The notes beneath the pieces are model-generated. The model was given only the letters and a program-made list of their open reading frames with translations, had not been told where the DNA came from and did not search any database. 33,527 nt of DNA, from the IMG/VR virus record IMGVR_UViG_3300016480_000130; one strand, given 5' to 3'. Shown in pieces: positions 30,575-33,527 of the stretch. The translations under genes and the position numbers were made by a program. The stretch comes from a virus. Every line of letters starts with the position of its first letter. Within the stretch, counting starts at the first letter, position 1.

Positions 30575-30576
30575 CT

Positions 30577-31089
30577 ATGTCATACGCATTACTAATAAGC
30601 ACAGAGGATATAAAAAAGTTTACCCTTGCAAATGGTAATCTTGACGCTGACGATTTTATTCAGTACATTAAAATTAGTCAGGATATTACTATTCAAAATT
30701 ATCTAGGGACTAAACTATACGTTAAGTTACAATCTTTGATATTGAATAACACGATCAATGATGTATCAAATGCAAAGTATAAAGATTTATTAACTATTTA
30801 CATTAAACCTATGTTAATTCATTGGGCTATGGTTTATTATTTACCTTATGCTGCCTATACGCTAAGTAATAAAGGGATATTCAAGCACAAGAGCGAGAAT
30901 TCAGATAATGTAGAGAAGTCTGAGGTTGATTATTTAGTAGAAAAAGAAAGAGATATTGCAGAAAGTTATACACAACGATTTATTGATTTCATGTGTTTTA
31001 ATCAAAGTACATATCCTGAGTACAATGCTAACGTTAATGAAGATGTAAAACCTGATAACGATAATTTTTATGGAGGCTGGCAAATATAA
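30577..31089 (+). CDS. head-tail adaptor/connector candidate
   Basis: 170 aa immediately after the portal. The N-terminal pattern STEDIKKF...DADDFIQYIKISQDITIQNYLG is like gp6-type connectors. Confidence 0.3.
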   Translation: MSYALLISTEDIKKFTLANGNLDADDFIQYIKISQDITIQNYLGTKLYVKLQSLILNNTINDVSNAKYKDLLTIYIKPMLIHWAMVYYLPYAAYTLSNKGIFKHKSENSDNVEKSEVDYLVEKERDIAESYTQRFIDFMCFNQSTYPEYNANVNEDVKPDNDNFYGGWQI

Positions 31090-31163
31090 AAAAGTAAAAG
31101 AAAAGAATTTTAAGAAGCTGAATTTATATTTAGCTAAAGTTGAACAAGAAAAATATATAAAAG

Positions 31164-31490
31164 ATGCTAAACTTAAAAGTAATTAGAGGCAATACATTTG
31201 AGCAAATGCCTTTTGGATTATTGAAAAATAATGTACCTATTGATTTAACAGGTGCTAAAATAAAAATGCAACTTAGAAAAGAATGTAACGGAGTTGTATG
31301 TTTAGAACTAGACCAAGATAATGGGATTACAATAACCGATGCTGTAAATGGTAGGTTTCAAATTGATGAGCAAATTATAAATATTGCGCCTTGTAATTAT
31401 AAATATGATATTCGTATTACCTTTGCGGATGGTAGCGTAAAAACGTGGATAAAAGGGGATTTTTTAGTAATTTGTAATATCACTCAATAA
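31164..31490 (+). CDS. Ig-like (BppU N-domain-like) tail accessory protein
   Basis: 108 aa. The pattern RGNTF...PIDLTGAKIKMQLRK...ITDAVNGRFQI...NYKYDIRITFADG is typical of BppU-type Ig-like domains. Confidence 0.4.
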   Translation: MLNLKVIRGNTFEQMPFGLLKNNVPIDLTGAKIKMQLRKECNGVVCLELDQDNGITITDAVNGRFQIDEQIINIAPCNYKYDIRITFADGSVKTWIKGDFLVICNITQ

Positions 31491-32347
31491 TGGCAGAGAT
31501 TATAGATATAAATGTTAGTGAAGTAGTTGAAAATATACAAATAACAACTACTGAAAATATTACAACAGTTAACATAAACAAAGTAACTGGAAGTGGTGTT
31601 AACTGGGGTGAAATATTTGGAAATTTAAGTGATCAAACTGACTTACAAGATGCACTTGATTTGAAGGCTAATATAAGCGAATTAGGGACAACTGCTTTTT
31701 CAAATGATTATAATGATTTAGCTAATAAGCCAAATATTCCAACATTAACATCTCAATTAACAAATAATTCAGGGTTTATAACTAATGTTATCACAGCTTT
31801 AGGATTTACTCCTGAAAATAGTGCGAATAAATCTACTTCTGTAACAACAGATAGTGCAAGTAATACAAAATATCCAAGTGTAAAAGCTGTATTTGATTGG
31901 GCAAATAGTGTATTTACAACACCAAGTGCAGTAGCTACACAAATCACAACTGCTCTAGTTGGATATGCCACTCAATCATGGGTAAATTCACAAGGGTTTA
32001 TAACTAATGTTATTACAGCTTTAGGATTCACACCTGAAAACATTGCAAATAAAGCTACAGATTTCACAAGCCCTAATAATACTACTTTTCCAACAACGCA
32101 AGCGGTAATTAACGAAAACAAAAAGGCGACTATAACAGTTGAGTTAATTAATTTACTTACAACAAGTTTCTACGCACCAAATGCTTTAAGGATTAATTCT
32201 ACTGCTTTAATTAACGGAAGTGGTACAATAACATTAAAAGTTAATGATGTGGCTTATACGCTAGGAAATTTAATTGCACAAGGAGCAAAAATAACGGTAG
32301 AAACAACAACAGCAAGTGTTTATAATTTAATTGTAATTTATGAATAG
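31490..32347 (+). CDS. tail fibre protein with an internally duplicated GFITNVITALGFTPEN.ANK module
   Basis: 285 aa and Thr/Asn/Ser-rich, with two copies of a conserved module 74 aa apart. The start overlaps the upstream stop (TAATG). Confidence 0.65.
   Translation: MAEIIDINVSEVVENIQITTTENITTVNINKVTGSGVNWGEIFGNLSDQTDLQDALDLKANISELGTTAFSNDYNDLANKPNIPTLTSQLTNNSGFITNVITALGFTPENSANKSTSVTTDSASNTKYPSVKAVFDWANSVFTTPSAVATQITTALVGYATQSWVNSQGFITNVITALGFTPENIANKATDFTSPNNTTFPTTQAVINENKKATITVELINLLTTSFYAPNALRINSTALINGSGTITLKVNDVAYTLGNLIAQGAKITVETTTASVYNLIVIYE
31772..32053 (+). repeat. direct repeat of ~60 bp within the fibre gene (31772-31831 and 31994-32053)
   Basis: gggtttataactaatgttat[c/t]acagctttaggatt... 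is repeated with a few substitutions at 222-bp spacing. Confidence 0.85.
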
Positions 32348-33479
32348 AGATTTATACATAAAAGCAGTTGCAAGTAGCAATTCAAGTAAATGGCAAAGAC
32401 CATCTGATTGGCTACCTATGCCAACTAATATTACAGCTACAGACCAAATATTTGTGGGGCTTCACGCTGTAATTGAAAATAGTGATAATTATTGTTCTTT
32501 TTCATTTACAACATCTGCGGGACAATATCGAGTAGATTGGGGAGATGGAAATGTAACGCTTCACAATTCTAATACAATAGCACAGTATCAGTACAACTAT
32601 GCGAGTATAAGTAATAGCACGCTTTCAAGTAGAGGTTATAAGCAAGTTATTATAAAAGTTACACCTGTAAGCGGTAATTTATTAGGTTGCAACTTTCAGC
32701 AAAGATTTGTGACCACGCCTGTCCAAAATCAAACGTATTCGAGTGGATTTTTAGAGTGTATTTTGTCGATGCCAAATGCGAATTCAGGGCAAAGTATCAT
32801 TTTTGGAGGAACAACTATAAGACACACTTATTGCGAAAAGGTAGATATTAAAACAATTGGAAATGCTACGAGTATGGCATATATGTTTACTAATTGCGTT
32901 TCACTACAATCAGTGCCTTTGTTTAATACAATAAATGTCACGAATATGGGAAATGTGTTTAACACTTGCACTTCACTCCAATCAGTGCCGTTATTTAACA
33001 CTGCAAATGTAACGAATATGCAAACTATGTTTTTAAGCTGTTATTCACTACAATCAGTGCCTTTGTTTAATACATCTAATGTTACGAATATGTCATATAT
33101 GTTTCAAAATTGTTATTCACTACAATCAGTGCCACTATTCAACACATCAAATGTGACGAGTATGGCATATATGTTTCAAAATTGCGTTTCACTAAATTTC
33201 ATACCAGCATTTATAACAACAGCCATTACAACAGACTACACAACTTTTGCAAACGGAAGTAACTCTATAAACAGAATTTTAATGAGTTTTAATAGAACAG
33301 TTGCACTTCAAAACTGCCAACTTTCAAAAGATGCGCTGGTTGAGATTTTTACAAATCTTACAAATAGAACATCAACAACATCAGCAACGATTGATATAAC
33401 AGGAAATTGGGGGTCAAGTGCATTAACAGCAGCGGACAGAGCAATAGCAACTAATAAAAATTGGATAATCACGGGGTAA
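32340..33479 (+). CDS. DUF285/BspA-type leucine-rich-repeat protein, probable receptor-binding protein
   Basis: Tandem 24-aa repeats MF.NC.SLQSVPLFNTSNVTNM.. match the DUF285/BspA-like repeat signature. It is the last large gene of the fibre block. Confidence 0.7.
   Translation: MNRDLYIKAVASSNSSKWQRPSDWLPMPTNITATDQIFVGLHAVIENSDNYCSFSFTTSAGQYRVDWGDGNVTLHNSNTIAQYQYNYASISNSTLSSRGYKQVIIKVTPVSGNLLGCNFQQRFVTTPVQNQTYSSGFLECILSMPNANSGQSIIFGGTTIRHTYCEKVDIKTIGNATSMAYMFTNCVSLQSVPLFNTINVTNMGNVFNTCTSLQSVPLFNTANVTNMQTMFLSCYSLQSVPLFNTSNVTNMSYMFQNCYSLQSVPLFNTSNVTSMAYMFQNCVSLNFIPAFITTAITTDYTTFANGSNSINRILMSFNRTVALQNCQLSKDALVEIFTNLTNRTSTTSATIDITGNWGSSALTAADRAIATNKNWIITG
32865..33212 (+). repeat. about 4.5 tandem copies of a 72-bp coding repeat
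   Basis: Repeat units start at 32883, 32955, 33027, 33099 and 33171, each beginning (A/G)TGTTT and containing cactacaatcagtgcc. Confidence 0.9.
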
Positions 33480-33480
33480 T

Positions 33481-33527
33481 ATGGAAGGATTTTATAAACT
33501 AGACGAAAACGGAAGTTGGCTTTTTGC
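33481..33527 (+). CDS. 5' part of the wrap-around 63-aa ORF (continues at position 1)
   Basis: The ATG at 33481 is 1 nt after the stop of the LRR gene, and the frame is still open at the window end. Confidence 0.45.
   Translation, partial: MEGFYKLDENGSWLF
33506..33527. repeat. 22-nt terminal duplication (copy of 1-22)
   Basis: Identical to positions 1-22. Confidence 0.9.

Noticed and set aside
1-33527. Genome-wide stop-codon reassignment (TAG or TGA recoding), as seen in some Bacteroidota phages
   Set aside because: Standard-code ORFs tile the genome almost gap-free with complete recognisable domains. TAG, TGA and TAA all terminate well-supported genes.
1-33527. Temperate lifestyle signals (integrase, attP, CI-type repressor), tRNA genes, CRISPR arrays, IS elements, reverse transcriptase/DGR
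   Set aside because: None found. There is no recombinase-like ORF, no cloverleaf-compatible GC-rich 70-90-nt segment with a T-loop motif, no spaced direct-repeat array, and the fibre repeats lack a template-repeat/RT partner.

Overview
The window is a complete, circularly closed genome of about 33.5 kb from a visibly AT-rich tailed dsDNA phage. The last 22 nt repeat the first 22 nt, and a 63-aa ORF wraps the junction. Most gene starts lack Shine-Dalgarno sequences. Four intergenic TATATTTG boxes match the Bacteroidota TAnnTTTG -7 promoter element, so a Flavobacteriia/Bacteroidota host is inferred. I saw no integrase, tRNA, CRISPR array or transposase.

Layout:
- Lysis cassette (151-1649): holin, M15 endolysin and a lipoprotein/TM spanin-like ORF.
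- Leftward accessory/early cluster (1633-5302): an HTH protein, a DUF3310-like protein, a DPPY DNA methyltransferase, and small membrane and hypothetical proteins. Its gene boundaries are punctuated by GC-rich box-plus-hairpin elements, which are the most unusual unexplained structure in the window.
- Rightward early/replication cluster (5516-14813): small ORFs, a divergent C5-methyltransferase-like protein, an acidic-tailed SSB candidate, an iteron/A-tract origin-like region, a prim-pol/DUF3987 primase-helicase behind a structured leader, a nuclease-like coiled-coil protein, a DEXH helicase and a VRR-NUC nuclease.
- ECF-like sigma factor (14938-15429).
- Packaging and virion genes in a non-canonical order: terS/terL, tail components, tape measure, XkdF-like protease, scaffold, major capsid, tail tube, portal, and fibres with DUF285/BspA-type repeats.

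All functional calls rest on motif and architecture recognition by eye. None comes from a database search.
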